From Obrimoposthia wandeli (Eukaryota), in NCBI GenBank assembly GCA_977020255.1, contig CDROCS010000253.1:3410001-3474000 (forward strand): DNA of 64,000 nucleotides, read 5' to 3'. Of the stretch, positions 45,816 through 56,041 are shown piece after piece. The position numbers and the translations under genes were made by a program. Numbering within the stretch: position 1 is the stretch's first letter; each line of letters opens with the position of its first letter. Under the pieces are notes generated by a model that did no database searches, was not told the origin of the DNA, and saw only the letters and a program-made list of their open reading frames with translations.

Positions 45816-47587
45816 TAGGCACTTACCTGTTCTTTAACTATTTGCTGCATAGCGAGGGTTAAGTTTTTATAATCTCGAGTGAATTGGCCGGCAATTTGCG
45901 CCAGCGAAGTACCCATTTCATTCATAACTCGGTTGATTTCTTGCTGCATTGCTTGATCGATTATACCAACTTGTTTTTCGACAGCTTCGCCAGTTAACCC
46001 TACTTGTTGTTTTATTTTTTCTTCCATGGCATCAAAAGTGCGCTGTGCTTGGCTCACCTGTTGTTTCGCGGCTTCTTCCATCATGGTTTTCATTTGATCT
46101 TGCAGTTGTTCGCTAGACTTAACAAAGGTATCTCTCACTTCTTTAGTATCTATTGTAAGATTCTGATTAGCGTCCTTCATTGTTGTATTCATTATCTTAG
46201 CGTCGTCAACTAGCTTAGCGATCATGTCACTCATGTTGTTGTTTAGATCAGTTACTGCAACGTCTAAAGTTTTCTGAATAACCTCTGTCTGACTTTGTAA
46301 GTAATCAGAGGTAGTTTGTAAGCTAGCATTAGTACGGGCTGAATTGTCTGTGAATTCATTACTCGCCATATCAATGTTTTTACCAATAATTTCAGAGCTT
46401 TCGATCAATTTATCCGCAACAACATTAACGCTTTTTTCTGATTTTTTAACAAAATTTTCAATTAAATTATCGGCTGCCGTTAATGTTTCTTTGATAAATA
46501 CATCTGATTCAGCTACAACTTTTTCATAATGAGCACTAGCCACGCCAACTGCATTGGTAATATCTGTTACCGTATTTTCAACTTGTTGACGTATTTCTGG
46601 CACCGCTTCAACCGCACGATCACGCATATCTTTAAAGGCTTCTAAATGGCTTTCTAACTCACTTATTTGATGTTGATTAACTTCCATAACAACTTGTAAG
46701 TCATTCATGGTTTGAGGAATAACCTTCGACTGCTCGCTGATGTGTGCTACCGAGTTTTCTGTCAACGTAATAGCTTGAACACCATGTTCATATTGAAGGT
46801 GCATCTGCTCTAGTTGTAGTTTATAATTTTCTTGCCAATCAACAAGTTTAATAACAGCAGCATTAAGTTGCTTGAAATTTTCGCCAAACTGCTCAGTTAG
46901 ATTATTATTGAAATCGGTTATTACCTGCTTCAATGCTTCTATTACTTGCTCCGTTGCTGACTTGGACAAGGTATCAGCAAAGTCTTGCAGTTTTATCCAT
47001 AACTTGTCCGAAAACAGTGCAAAATTATCGAATTGTTTAGCTGATAGTTCTTCGGTTAACTTTTTATTAAGCTTGGCATTATCGTTCATATCGCTGCGCA
47101 TTAGTTTTAGTAAACCAAACAACGTTGACTCATCATTACCCGCAATTGCTTCTTTCAGTGCTTGTGTTTCTTTAACTTGGCTTTGCATTGCCGATAAAAT
47201 TTGCTCTGGCGAAGCGCTAGTCACTTCATCAGGCTGTGATTTCGGCTTTAATAACGGCGTTGTTAAAAGGCTCTTAAACAACAAAGAAGAAAGCATACCA
47301 GCTAGACTAGTAATAAATGCCGTTTTAAGACCATCTAATAGCATGGTAATACTGTCATCAATTTTTGTATGATCAAAATCGAGCAAGCCAATAACAATGC
47401 CAACAAAAGTACCAAAAATACCTAGGGTCGTTAACAACGTTGGGGTGTAGTGAACAAAGTCTCCTGCTTTATTTAGCTTAGATAAAACGCTAGAGCCGAT
47501 GAACACAAGGATCATAATGAAAATAATAAAACTAGTAACTGTTTCAGGGTTAAGTCCTCTTAAAAGTCCTTCTAAAAAACCGCTCAT
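45815..47587 (-). CDS. zorA: Zorya ZorA (MotA-like with long helical tail)
   Basis: TLGIFGTFVGI, GLKTAFITSLAG, FGENFKQLN.AV, about 450-aa helical tail. Confidence 0.9.
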   Translation of the reverse strand: MSGFLEGLLRGLNPETVTSFIIFIMILVFIGSSVLSKLNKAGDFVHYTPTLLTTLGIFGTFVGIVIGLLDFDHTKIDDSITMLLDGLKTAFITSLAGMLSSLLFKSLLTTPLLKPKSQPDEVTSASPEQILSAMQSQVKETQALKEAIAGNDESTLFGLLKLMRSDMNDNAKLNKKLTEELSAKQFDNFALFSDKLWIKLQDFADTLSKSATEQVIEALKQVITDFNNNLTEQFGENFKQLNAAVIKLVDWQENYKLQLEQMHLQYEHGVQAITLTENSVAHISEQSKVIPQTMNDLQVVMEVNQHQISELESHLEAFKDMRDRAVEAVPEIRQQVENTVTDITNAVGVASAHYEKVVAESDVFIKETLTAADNLIENFVKKSEKSVNVVADKLIESSEIIGKNIDMASNEFTDNSARTNASLQTTSDYLQSQTEVIQKTLDVAVTDLNNNMSDMIAKLVDDAKIMNTTMKDANQNLTIDTKEVRDTFVKSSEQLQDQMKTMMEEAAKQQVSQAQRTFDAMEEKIKQQVGLTGEAVEKQVGIIDQAMQQEINRVMNEMGTSLAQIAGQFTRDYKNLTLAMQQIVKEQVSA

Positions 47588-47636
47588 CTATACTTCCTTT
47601 CTGTCTTTAATATAATAATTTAGGTAAATTCTGTGC

Positions 47637-47738
47637 TTATTTAGCTAATGCGTTTTCAACAACGGCATCTGCGAGGTGTAATTGGGTGGTTTGTGCATCA
47701 GCTAGGCGTACTTTGAGTTGTTCACATAAGGCCATTAG
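47637..47738 (-). pseudogene. hsdS: HsdS C-terminal remnant
   Basis: LMALCEQLKVRLADAQTTQLHLADAVVENALAK*. Confidence 0.8.
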
Positions 47739-47895
47739 GTAAACGAACGATAGTGTGTAAGTTACATTCTTCGGTTAACAGCTTTTTGATTTTGGTTTTA
47801 ACACCTTCACCAAATAAAGTACCGTCGGGCAGTACTACCGCTGCACGGCCGCCATTTCTGTCTGTTGTTGGTGACGCCAGCACTTCGATAAGATT
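47731..47895 (-). pseudogene. hsdM: HsdM internal remnant
   Basis: [41 protein letters not shown]. Confidence 0.88.
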
Positions 47896-48253
47896 CAAGT
47901 TGAGCCGGATTAGTCTTGTCATGAAAAATAAAACCATCGCCGTTTGAAGCAAAGATAAAAGGCACTTCGAGCAAACGGGCATAATCAAGCCCTTGTTGCA
48001 TACCCTTGCCTATTTCGTGTTTATTCGCCTTAGCTTCAATTACCGCTAGTGGCATATTCGGTTTATGGTAAAGCACGATATCAGCAGATTTAACCGTGGT
48101 ACGCATGGCTATAGGGCCGCGTACAATCACTTTACCATCACGTAGCTTCACTTCTTGACGTATTTGTTTCATCAAATCCCAACCGGCACTTTGTACCGCG
48201 GGCATGATGAATTTGGTGATTATATCGGTTTCGGAGAACTTCTTTTTGTCCAT
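47896..48253 (-). pseudogene. hsdR: HsdR (EcoEI-like) N-terminal remnant
   Basis: [44 protein letters not shown]. Confidence 0.88.
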
Positions 48254-48536
48254 GCTTTTTCCTTGCTGCTACTGCTTGTCCATTATGCAGCGTACAAAGT
48301 GCGATAATTGTTAAAGGTTGTCAACAGAATTAGATAAAAAGTCAAGGTAGATCATGTTACTAGGAATTTTTAATATTGTAGCAAGTCATTATTTGACAAT
48401 AAATGGCTCAGTGTTTGTATCCATCTGCGGTCAGCTAAATATTGCCATGCTGAGCTGTCATTAATTGTTTTTATCTCCTATTTGAATGGTAACGGGTATA
48501 TTAGTTAATCTCACGGCTTTAAATGCTTTAACGTTT

Positions 48537-49610
48537 TTAAGCGTCAACTCGCTCTACAATAGCAATGCCTTGTCTATAACCTAAACCACCATTGCCATGT
48601 ATTAAGCCAAGCCTTTCTGGACCATCACATAAGCGATGATGCATTAGCACAAGCGCATTAAGCGCTGGATTATTCCATGCAGCTTTGGCCAAATTCATGC
48701 CGCCGGTTATGGTAATACTATGTTCAGCGAGAAAGTCCGGAATATCCTCTAAAACCTCAACCAAACCACTGACTAATAAAAAGGCCATTGGCACAACCGG
48801 ATAGCAAGTATAAGTTTCTAATAAAGCATCACCACGTTTGAACAGGTGAACAAAGTCGATATCAGCTTCCTCACAGGCTTGTTGATAAGCCTGTTGTAAA
48901 TGTTCATATAGGGAAATATCTTTTAAAAAATCTCGGCCATCTCCATCAAGACGGCTCAGTCCAACGGCTTTCACCTTTAACCATTGGCTTTTATCAACGC
49001 CTAGCTGCTCAGCGATATCGGCACGTGTTAACAATAATCGACCTGAAAAATCTACCATAGGATTTGCACAGTCAATCCCTCTAAACAGGTCTGTTATCGG
49101 CTTGTGCCATCGTAAATCGGGTAATAATTCTGGGGTAAAGCTATCTGACAAGGCGTTACGAAAACTAATTTGGTAATTTTCAAACAGTGCACTAGAAAAT
49201 TCTTTAAATTGTTGTGCTGTAATAGTGTGATTTTCACTAAAGGCGCGCGCTAAATCGTTATAAGCTTGCGTTAATGGATAACTTTGACCATAAACGGCCA
49301 TTTTACTTAACCGCTCTTCTCGGCTATAACCCGTTTTGATATGATCTTCACCACTGATTACCACCGCAGCTTCACCATTTTCTATTAATTTCTTTGCTTC
49401 AGCCAACGCTTCAATTGGAGCGCAACCACTTCTAAAGTGATGCTCTTGCTCAGGGCTATGCCAATCAGTCTTTAAAGGCTCTATAACTAAATATTTAGGC
49501 GTAATACCGCGTTGAAGTAATTGTGACTCGAGCAATAAAACCTGATCAAGACTACCTACTTCATCTTGTTTTTTAGCTGCGCCAATAATAAATGCTGATG
49601 GAGTTTTCAC
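48537..49610 (-). CDS. Divergent thiolase-like (acetyl-CoA acetyltransferase-like) protein
   Basis: LETYTCYP, ITGGMNL..AAWNN, GLIHGNGG resemble the C-terminal thiolase-like domain. Confidence 0.55.
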   Translation of the reverse strand: MKTPSAFIIGAAKKQDEVGSLDQVLLLESQLLQRGITPKYLVIEPLKTDWHSPEQEHHFRSGCAPIEALAEAKKLIENGEAAVVISGEDHIKTGYSREERLSKMAVYGQSYPLTQAYNDLARAFSENHTITAQQFKEFSSALFENYQISFRNALSDSFTPELLPDLRWHKPITDLFRGIDCANPMVDFSGRLLLTRADIAEQLGVDKSQWLKVKAVGLSRLDGDGRDFLKDISLYEHLQQAYQQACEEADIDFVHLFKRGDALLETYTCYPVVPMAFLLVSGLVEVLEDIPDFLAEHSITITGGMNLAKAAWNNPALNALVLMHHRLCDGPERLGLIHGNGGLGYRQGIAIVERVDA

Positions 49611-49908
49611 AAGTAATTTAATCCAGTAAAATGATAGATACTAACCTTATGCTATTTAAACAAAATTAAAAACCTAAAAGCAATCTTAATGGTATTCACT
49701 TCATTTACATCAACACCTAACTGTAATTGAGTCAAAAACGCCTCTAAAATAGGTAACGCGTAACTATTTAATTTGTTGTTTTTAAAGTTATTATCGTATA
49801 TAGCATGTGAATCAGAGCGTAAGTTATAATTTTATTTATAATACACTAAGTACTTAGGCGTATGATAGCTAGCGAAAAATTATAACTGCTTTAGTTGTTC
49901 TGATGTGC

Positions 49909-50160
49909 TTACTTACACCAAACTTTACCACCAATCATTTTAAAAGCGGGTGTACCTCGAATTAAGCAATCTCGGGCAAACACCTTATGGCATTGTGGGC
50001 AAGTACAAGGCGTTTCGGTAAAGTTTTGACTGATGCGTTCTTTAAAACATTTAAGTAAAGCGCCCTTGCCTCCTTTTCGGTATTTAAATAGAAGGAAGTT
50101 ACAGCCCTTGCAATATATATCGACGGTTTTACTTGGGCCTTTTTTATTGGGTTTTGACAA
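49909..50160 (-). CDS. Small Zn-ribbon hypothetical protein
   Basis: CKGC..KYRKGGKGAL.KC..CPQC. Confidence 0.7.
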   Translation of the reverse strand: MSKPNKKGPSKTVDIYCKGCNFLLFKYRKGGKGALLKCFKERISQNFTETPCTCPQCHKVFARDCLIRGTPAFKMIGGKVWCK

Positions 50161-50196
50161 AATAACATTCCACTTGCTCTACTGTTGCAGATATTG

Positions 50197-50751
50197 TTAC
50201 TTCTTAGCAATACCTAAGGCAGCTAACGTATTAGCCATATCTTGAGCGGCAGACTTTGGCGTAATATCATCGTCAATCTTCACAATTTTACCTTCTTTAG
50301 AAATATAAAAAGTGACACGACTGGCCACTTTAAACATATTAAGTACCTGATACGCTTTTGCTGCTGATTTTGTTGGATCACTTAACATAGGGAAATCAGC
50401 ACCTGTTTTCTCAGCAAAGTCACGGTTGTCATCAATAGGATCAACGCTAGCCATAACGTAACTAACATCAAACTCTCGAATAAGATGTCCTTGTTCTGTC
50501 AGCGATTTACATTCAATAGTACAACCACGTGTATTTGCCATTGGATACCAAGCTAATACCACCGCTTTTTTACCTTTATAATCACTTAATTGGTAATAGT
50601 CACCCGTGGTAGCTTGTAAATTAAAATTTGGTGCTTCATCACCGACTTTAAGATCGGTGGCAAAAGCTGAGAAACCAACGACACTGATTAAGCTAAAAAT
50701 GATTAGGATTGATTTTTTAATGCTATTTTTAAGATTAAGATTAACTTTCAT
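50197..50751 (-). CDS. Peroxiredoxin, BCP/PrxQ-like, exported
   Basis: WYPMANTRGCTIECKS, signal peptide. Confidence 0.9.
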   Translation of the reverse strand: MKVNLNLKNSIKKSILIIFSLISVVGFSAFATDLKVGDEAPNFNLQATTGDYYQLSDYKGKKAVVLAWYPMANTRGCTIECKSLTEQGHLIREFDVSYVMASVDPIDDNRDFAEKTGADFPMLSDPTKSAAKAYQVLNMFKVASRVTFYISKEGKIVKIDDDITPKSAAQDMANTLAALGIAKK

Positions 50752-51265
50752 GTTAGGACTCTTTGTTTAAAAAGGAGGATATATATAAATATGTTTATAC
50801 GTTTCTACGTCTTCTAGGATCACTTTTTATTAGTTACGATTGATTGCCATTAATTTACGCGTGATGGCTGGAATATCGGTCATTGTTTCACTCTGATTAA
50901 TAAAGCAGAGTTCATCATCAATATATGCAGGCTCAGCTGACTCAACCTTTTAACCTAATTTATTTGTCTTATCTTCAACAATAGTAACGTCTTTAATAAT
51001 CTTAGTTTTATCACTACACATCCCTGAGCCTATAATCAGTAATAGCTATAAATTGATCTCTATTATATTTCATTATAGAGATCAACTTGTGCATGATCCA
51101 CACTAAAAAGGTAACTCCTATCTCTCTTGGTTAATTATTTATTAGCAGGTGTAATGCTATCTAAGCGTAATCAATAAATACCAAACTAAATTATTTCATA
51201 GTAAATAAAAATTACGTTATTAAAAAGCTGAATCCATAGTAAACAGTCACCTACGTAGCACTTAA

Positions 51266-51379
51266 AGAGTTACTGGGGTTGCCACAACAGCGCAAATAGA
51301 GTTATCAGGGTTGCATTTAATAATCAACAAGAGTTATCAGAGTTACCTTGACCTTGCTATAAAGAGTTATTAGAGTTAC
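51266..51379 (+). repeat. Four phased 17-bp direct repeats upstream of hicB
   Basis: AGAGTTAYYRGRGTTRC at 51266, 51298, 51330 and 51363 (period 32/32/33). Confidence 0.85.
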
Positions 51380-51419
51380 TATGATTTATAGGTCGTTTTA
51401 GTGGTGTTAGGAGTTAAAA

Positions 51420-51842
51420 ATGAAGTATGCAATTGTATTTTTTTTCGATGATAAAAATTCAAATTATAAGGTGTCTGTACCTGACCTTCCGGGCTGTGCA
51501 ATTACAGAAAAAACAATTGACTTAGGTATGGAGGAAATTACAAAAGCGATAAAATCTCACCTTGCTATATTGGCCGAATACGGTGAAAAAGTACCTAATG
51601 CGAAGGCATTAGAAAATCATCGCCAAAACTACATATTGGATAATCCACATACATTTTCACAAGCTTTTTGGGCGATAGTAAGTATTGATATTACTCCTTA
51701 CCTTGGTAAGAGCCATAAAATAAATGTTACCCTACCCGAGTTACTTATTGTTCAAATTGATGACAAAGTGAGTAAATCTTCAGATTATAAAACTCGTTCA
51801 GGATTTATCGCCAGTGCTTGTTTTGCTGAATTAGAAAAATAG
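51420..51842 (+). CDS. hicB: Orphan HicB-family antitoxin/regulator
   Basis: VPDLPGC, KINVTLP..L..QID, TRSGFIA RHH domain; no hicA upstream. Confidence 0.88.
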   Translation: MKYAIVFFFDDKNSNYKVSVPDLPGCAITEKTIDLGMEEITKAIKSHLAILAEYGEKVPNAKALENHRQNYILDNPHTFSQAFWAIVSIDITPYLGKSHKINVTLPELLIVQIDDKVSKSSDYKTRSGFIASACFAELEK

Positions 51843-51947
51843 CGTCGACCGATCTTAACGAATCATTTGAAATAGGAGTTAGTATTACTTAGAGGTTATA
51901 CAAATCTATTTTTAACTGTACTTTCGTAATCCAAAATAGATAAGGTA

Positions 51948-52712
51948 CTATGATAGCAATACAGATAAATCAATTTTCTTTGCAGCACGATTTATTTTTT
52001 CATGGTAAGAAACATCATTACCCTCTTCATCCACATCAGTAATAAAATCATACTGTGCAATTTTAGGAATAGGTAAAAGTTTTTCTAACTCGGCAATATT
52101 TTCTGATAAGTTATTCATCGAGTCGCTAGAGGCCGAGTTTGCAATCCAACCTATACATTCCAAACCATCTGTCTTAATTGTTTCATACGTTAATAACGCA
52201 TGATTTAAACAACCCAACTTCATATTAACGATTAGAATTACTTCTAGGTTAGTACCTTTAACAAAGTCGGATAGAAATTGATAAGTCGGTTTTTTATCAC
52301 TACCATCCGTTTCTGAAAGCGGTAAACGCCATCCTCCCGCACCTTCCACTAACGTAACATCAGCGTTAAGTAATTTTACTTGTTGGTAATGATGATTTAT
52401 ATCTGCGATCGTAATCTGTTGGTTTAGTTTTTTTGCCGCTATATGTGGTGCAATGGGTTCTTCAAAAGCAATGGGATTGATATGCGTAATACTTTGGCAG
52501 CAGTTAGCAAACTCACTGAGTAATTTTGCATCTTCATTAATAAGCTGACCATCTACTAATACACAACCGGCAGAAATAGGTTTAAACGCTGCAACTTTCA
52601 TCACCTCATTGGTCGAAGTATTGTTGTGGTGAGTCAAAGCATGAATTAAAGCACAGCTGACAAATGTTTTACCCGCATCAGTATCTGTTGCGGTGACAAA
52701 AAATTGTTTCAT
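51948..52712 (-). CDS. bioD: Dethiobiotin synthase
   Basis: TATDTDAGKT, FKPISAG, VEGAGG, LGCLNHALLT. Confidence 0.95.
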   Translation of the reverse strand: MKQFFVTATDTDAGKTFVSCALIHALTHHNNTSTNEVMKVAAFKPISAGCVLVDGQLINEDAKLLSEFANCCQSITHINPIAFEEPIAPHIAAKKLNQQITIADINHHYQQVKLLNADVTLVEGAGGWRLPLSETDGSDKKPTYQFLSDFVKGTNLEVILIVNMKLGCLNHALLTYETIKTDGLECIGWIANSASSDSMNNLSENIAELEKLLPIPKIAQYDFITDVDEEGNDVSYHEKINRAAKKIDLSVLLS

Positions 52713-52737
52713 ATTTACTTATTTAGTTAGTGCTTAG

Positions 52738-53535
52738 TTAGTTATTTAATTTAACCACTAAACCAGAAAACAAACGATAGGTTGCTGGGTAAATATCATT
52801 AGGCTCTATAAAATCTTGGTAATGTTCTGTCATTTTAAACCACTTATCTTTTCCTGACAGACCTCTATTTTGTTTCTGCGCCAAATGATTTGCACCTAAG
52901 CCTTTTAATTCACGTGCCAAATGAATCACATTTTGATATTCCAAAATAATATCTTGGCACTTTTGTTCAACCAACTTACCATTTTCATTATTGAATAAAG
53001 TATTCAGCTCAGTGACCGTTTTAAAATCGATAACATGTTGATCATCGTCTACTTGTTTCCAAGAAGATTTAAGCTCGTGTAATGTACCGTCTACTAAGGT
53101 GGAAAAGATGAGTAATCCACCTGGCTTTAATATTCTTAACATTTCAGCAATGGCTTCATCAAGTGGATCAAACCATTGGATGACTAAATTTGAATAGATA
53201 AAATCTATGCTGTTATCTTGAATTGGTATTTTATGAGCATCGCCCTGTAGCCATAATATATTTTTATTACGGTGTTCTTTGGCAAAACTGAGCATCTCAT
53301 TTGAAATATCTAAACCAATAACTTGGTTATAAGTACTCGCTAATAAGTCGGTAAAAAAACCAGTGCCTGAGCCTAAATCTAAAACGGTTAGATCGTTACG
53401 GTTCGGTAACCAAGGCATTAAGTGTTTACCGGAAAAACGTTGTAATCTTGCTGATACATCATAAGATTTACTGGCAGAGCCAAAACTTTTACCAATGTTA
53501 ACTCTGTTTTCGTTTTTATGTTCTGTTTGAACCAT
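52738..53535 (-). CDS. bioC: Malonyl-ACP O-methyltransferase
   Basis: VLDLGSGTG SAM motif, SNLVIQW, TLHELKSSW. Confidence 0.93.
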   Translation of the reverse strand: MVQTEHKNENRVNIGKSFGSASKSYDVSARLQRFSGKHLMPWLPNRNDLTVLDLGSGTGFFTDLLASTYNQVIGLDISNEMLSFAKEHRNKNILWLQGDAHKIPIQDNSIDFIYSNLVIQWFDPLDEAIAEMLRILKPGGLLIFSTLVDGTLHELKSSWKQVDDDQHVIDFKTVTELNTLFNNENGKLVEQKCQDIILEYQNVIHLARELKGLGANHLAQKQNRGLSGKDKWFKMTEHYQDFIEPNDIYPATYRLFSGLVVKLNN

Positions 53536-54707
53536 TAAGCTATTGCCTTATTAATGCATTCTGCTAAATATATGATATCTTTATTTTTATGGTTTGCGCA
53601 AATAGTAACGCGTAACCTTGAGCTATTAATTGCAACCGTGGGTGGCCTTATTGCAGTTAACCAAATACCTTGTTTTTTTAAATGTTCACTGACGGTAAGT
53701 GCTTTTTTTTCATCCCCAATGATTATGGCATGGATTGAAGATTCTGTGGAAACTAACTCAACTTCTGGTGCCAGTAATTTACTAAACAATGCGCTTAGCT
53801 CACTAATCTTTTCTCTGCGCCAGTGCTCTTTTTGAATCAACTCTAAACTCGTTCTAGTGGCCCAAGCTATCGCAGGAGATATTGCTGTAGAGTAAATGTA
53901 ATGCCGAGAAAAGTTGACTAAATACTCATGTAGATCTTCACTACAGGTTAAAAAAGCACCACTGGTACCAATAGCTTTACCCATTGTTGCCATGGTAATA
54001 TCTATATCAGCAAAGTTATTACTACCTTGTCCTTCATTACCAATAACACCAATACTGTGTGCATCATCTAAATAAAGCCAGGCCTGTTGAGATTTTGCTA
54101 AGCGAGCAAGCTCTAACACTTTTGCTTGGCAACCATCCATACTAAACACACCTTCAGAGGCAATCAGCTTACTTGGAGATTTACTTTGAGAGTTAGTTGC
54201 GCTTTTACCAGAGTTGTTAAGTAATTTTGTTAGGTGGTCAATATTATTATGGTTAAAACGTTTAACTTTTGCTTTGCTATGATAAGCACCATCAATCATA
54301 GATGCATGACTAAGTTTATCTAGGTAAAAGTGGCTGTCTTCACTTTTACCTAGCGCTTGAAATAGTGCTAAGTTAGCCGCAAAACCACTAGAGAATAACA
54401 GGCATTTAGGTTTGTTTAACCACTGACAAATGTCATTTTCTAATGCTTGATGGGCATAATGATAGCCTGTAACTAAACTAGAACTACTGGAACAAACACC
54501 AAATTTGTCGACGCCTTCCTGTAGTGCCTTATTTATTTCAACATGATTATTTAATCCTAAATAATCATTAGACGAAAAATTAAGATACGACTTTCCATTG
54601 ATAACAATTTCATTGTCTTGGCTGGTGGTATTATTACAAACCAACTGACGATATCGAGACTTAGCTTTTTGCTCATTAACATCATGTCGAATAAAATCAA
54701 AATTCAT
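53535..54707 (-). CDS. bioF: 8-amino-7-oxononanoate synthase
   Basis: NFSSNDYLGL, HASMIDG, DDAHSIG, TMGKAIG; start at ATG 54707 with RBS. Confidence 0.95.
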   Translation of the reverse strand: MNFDFIRHDVNEQKAKSRYRQLVCNNTTSQDNEIVINGKSYLNFSSNDYLGLNNHVEINKALQEGVDKFGVCSSSSSLVTGYHYAHQALENDICQWLNKPKCLLFSSGFAANLALFQALGKSEDSHFYLDKLSHASMIDGAYHSKAKVKRFNHNNIDHLTKLLNNSGKSATNSQSKSPSKLIASEGVFSMDGCQAKVLELARLAKSQQAWLYLDDAHSIGVIGNEGQGSNNFADIDITMATMGKAIGTSGAFLTCSEDLHEYLVNFSRHYIYSTAISPAIAWATRTSLELIQKEHWRREKISELSALFSKLLAPEVELVSTESSIHAIIIGDEKKALTVSEHLKKQGIWLTAIRPPTVAINSSRLRVTICANHKNKDIIYLAECINKAIA

Positions 54708-54841
54708 GAATAAAGTTCTCCCTAAATAGTCAAGCTCAACGAAGGGAAGCTGGGTCAATCACTCGCAATTTATATACAAGCGATCTTACCCTGATTTATT
54801 TTGCTTTGTACAACAATATCATAAACTCAATGAACGTATTA

Positions 54842-55969
54842 TTAAGCTGATGCATTATAAAATAAGTCACTGTTTTGCTGATCAACAATGGCTGTTTTAA
54901 CAATATGGTCTGAACGTTCAGTATCGCCAGCTACCGTCTCAGTATTTATACCAAGCTTTTCAAACAAAGCAATATCTTGATTTGTTTCTGGGTTTTCTGC
55001 GGTAAGTAACTTACAACCATAGAATATTGAATTTGCGCCAGCAAGAAAACACATCGCTTGCATCTGTTCGTTCATCGCCGTGCGACCTGCAGATAATCTC
55101 ACATGACTGTGTGGCATCATAATACGCGCCACAGCAATACAGCGGATAAAGTCAAAACTTTCTAAATCATCAATATTGGCTAAAGGTGTACCTTCCACTT
55201 TAACTAACATGTTAATTGGCACACTTTCAGGTTGTGGGCTTAAATTAGCAAGTTGTATTAATAATGAAGCACGATCAGCGGCTTTTTCGCCCAAACCAAC
55301 AATACCACCACTACAAACTTTCATGCCAGCACTGCGAACATTGGTCAAGGTATCAAGTCTATCTTGAAAGGTACGGGTGGTGATAATTTGATTATAATGC
55401 TCAGGAGAAGTATCAAGGTTATGGTTGTAATAATCTAAGCCAGCGCCATTTAACCTATCGGCTTGATCTTCAGATAACATACCTAAGGTCATGCATGTTT
55501 CCATACCAAGGGCTTTAACACTTTTAACCATGTCGAGTACATAAGGCATGTCGCGTTCTTTAGGGTTACGCCAAGCAGCGCCCATACAAAAACGAGTTGA
55601 GCCCATTTCTTTGGCTCTTTGTGCCGCTTCGAGTACTTTTTCAACCGCTAATAAACTTTCTTTTTCTAAGTCAGTTTTATTACGTGCACTTTGAGAGCAG
55701 TATTTGCAATCTTCTGGGCAAGCACCGGTTTTAATCGATAATAAAGTACTGACTTGTACTTCATTAGGATTAAAGTTTTCTCTATGAATGGTCTGAGCTT
55801 TAAACATTAGATCATTAAAAGGCATAGCAAAGAGTGCATTGACTTCTTTCAAATTCCAATTGTGGCGAAGGATAGAATTTACCGCCTGTGCTTGTGACTG
55901 TTCATGTGATAATGCGGCTGCTGACATTGTTGCGGTACTGTTTAAATCTGACATAAAACCCAATTGCAT
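54842..55969 (-). CDS. bioB: Biotin synthase
   Basis: CPEDCKYC radical-SAM motif, YYNHNLDTS. Confidence 0.97.
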   Translation of the reverse strand: MQLGFMSDLNSTATMSAAALSHEQSQAQAVNSILRHNWNLKEVNALFAMPFNDLMFKAQTIHRENFNPNEVQVSTLLSIKTGACPEDCKYCSQSARNKTDLEKESLLAVEKVLEAAQRAKEMGSTRFCMGAAWRNPKERDMPYVLDMVKSVKALGMETCMTLGMLSEDQADRLNGAGLDYYNHNLDTSPEHYNQIITTRTFQDRLDTLTNVRSAGMKVCSGGIVGLGEKAADRASLLIQLANLSPQPESVPINMLVKVEGTPLANIDDLESFDFIRCIAVARIMMPHSHVRLSAGRTAMNEQMQAMCFLAGANSIFYGCKLLTAENPETNQDIALFEKLGINTETVAGDTERSDHIVKTAIVDQQNSDLFYNASA

Positions 55970-56008
55970 CTAGTTAACTTAACGGGTAGTCTAGCCAGAC
56001 TAAGCATG

Positions 56009-56041
56009 ATGTCAACTATCAACGATCACTTTGGTTAACAA
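56009..56041. promoter_or_regulatory. BirA operator between bioB and bioA
   Basis: TGTCAAC-N17-GTTAACA. Confidence 0.85.

Noticed and set aside
50197-50751. Selenocysteine-type peroxiredoxin
   Set aside because: The active-site codon is Cys in an open frame; there is no in-frame TGA
50830-51073. Degraded small gene upstream of the peroxiredoxin
   Set aside because: A protein-like frame with stops is visible, but I cannot assign any family, so support is insufficient
51266-51379. Regularly spaced repeats as a mini-CRISPR array
   Set aside because: Repeats of 17 bp and spacers of 15-16 bp are too short, repeats are not palindromic, and no cas genes are present
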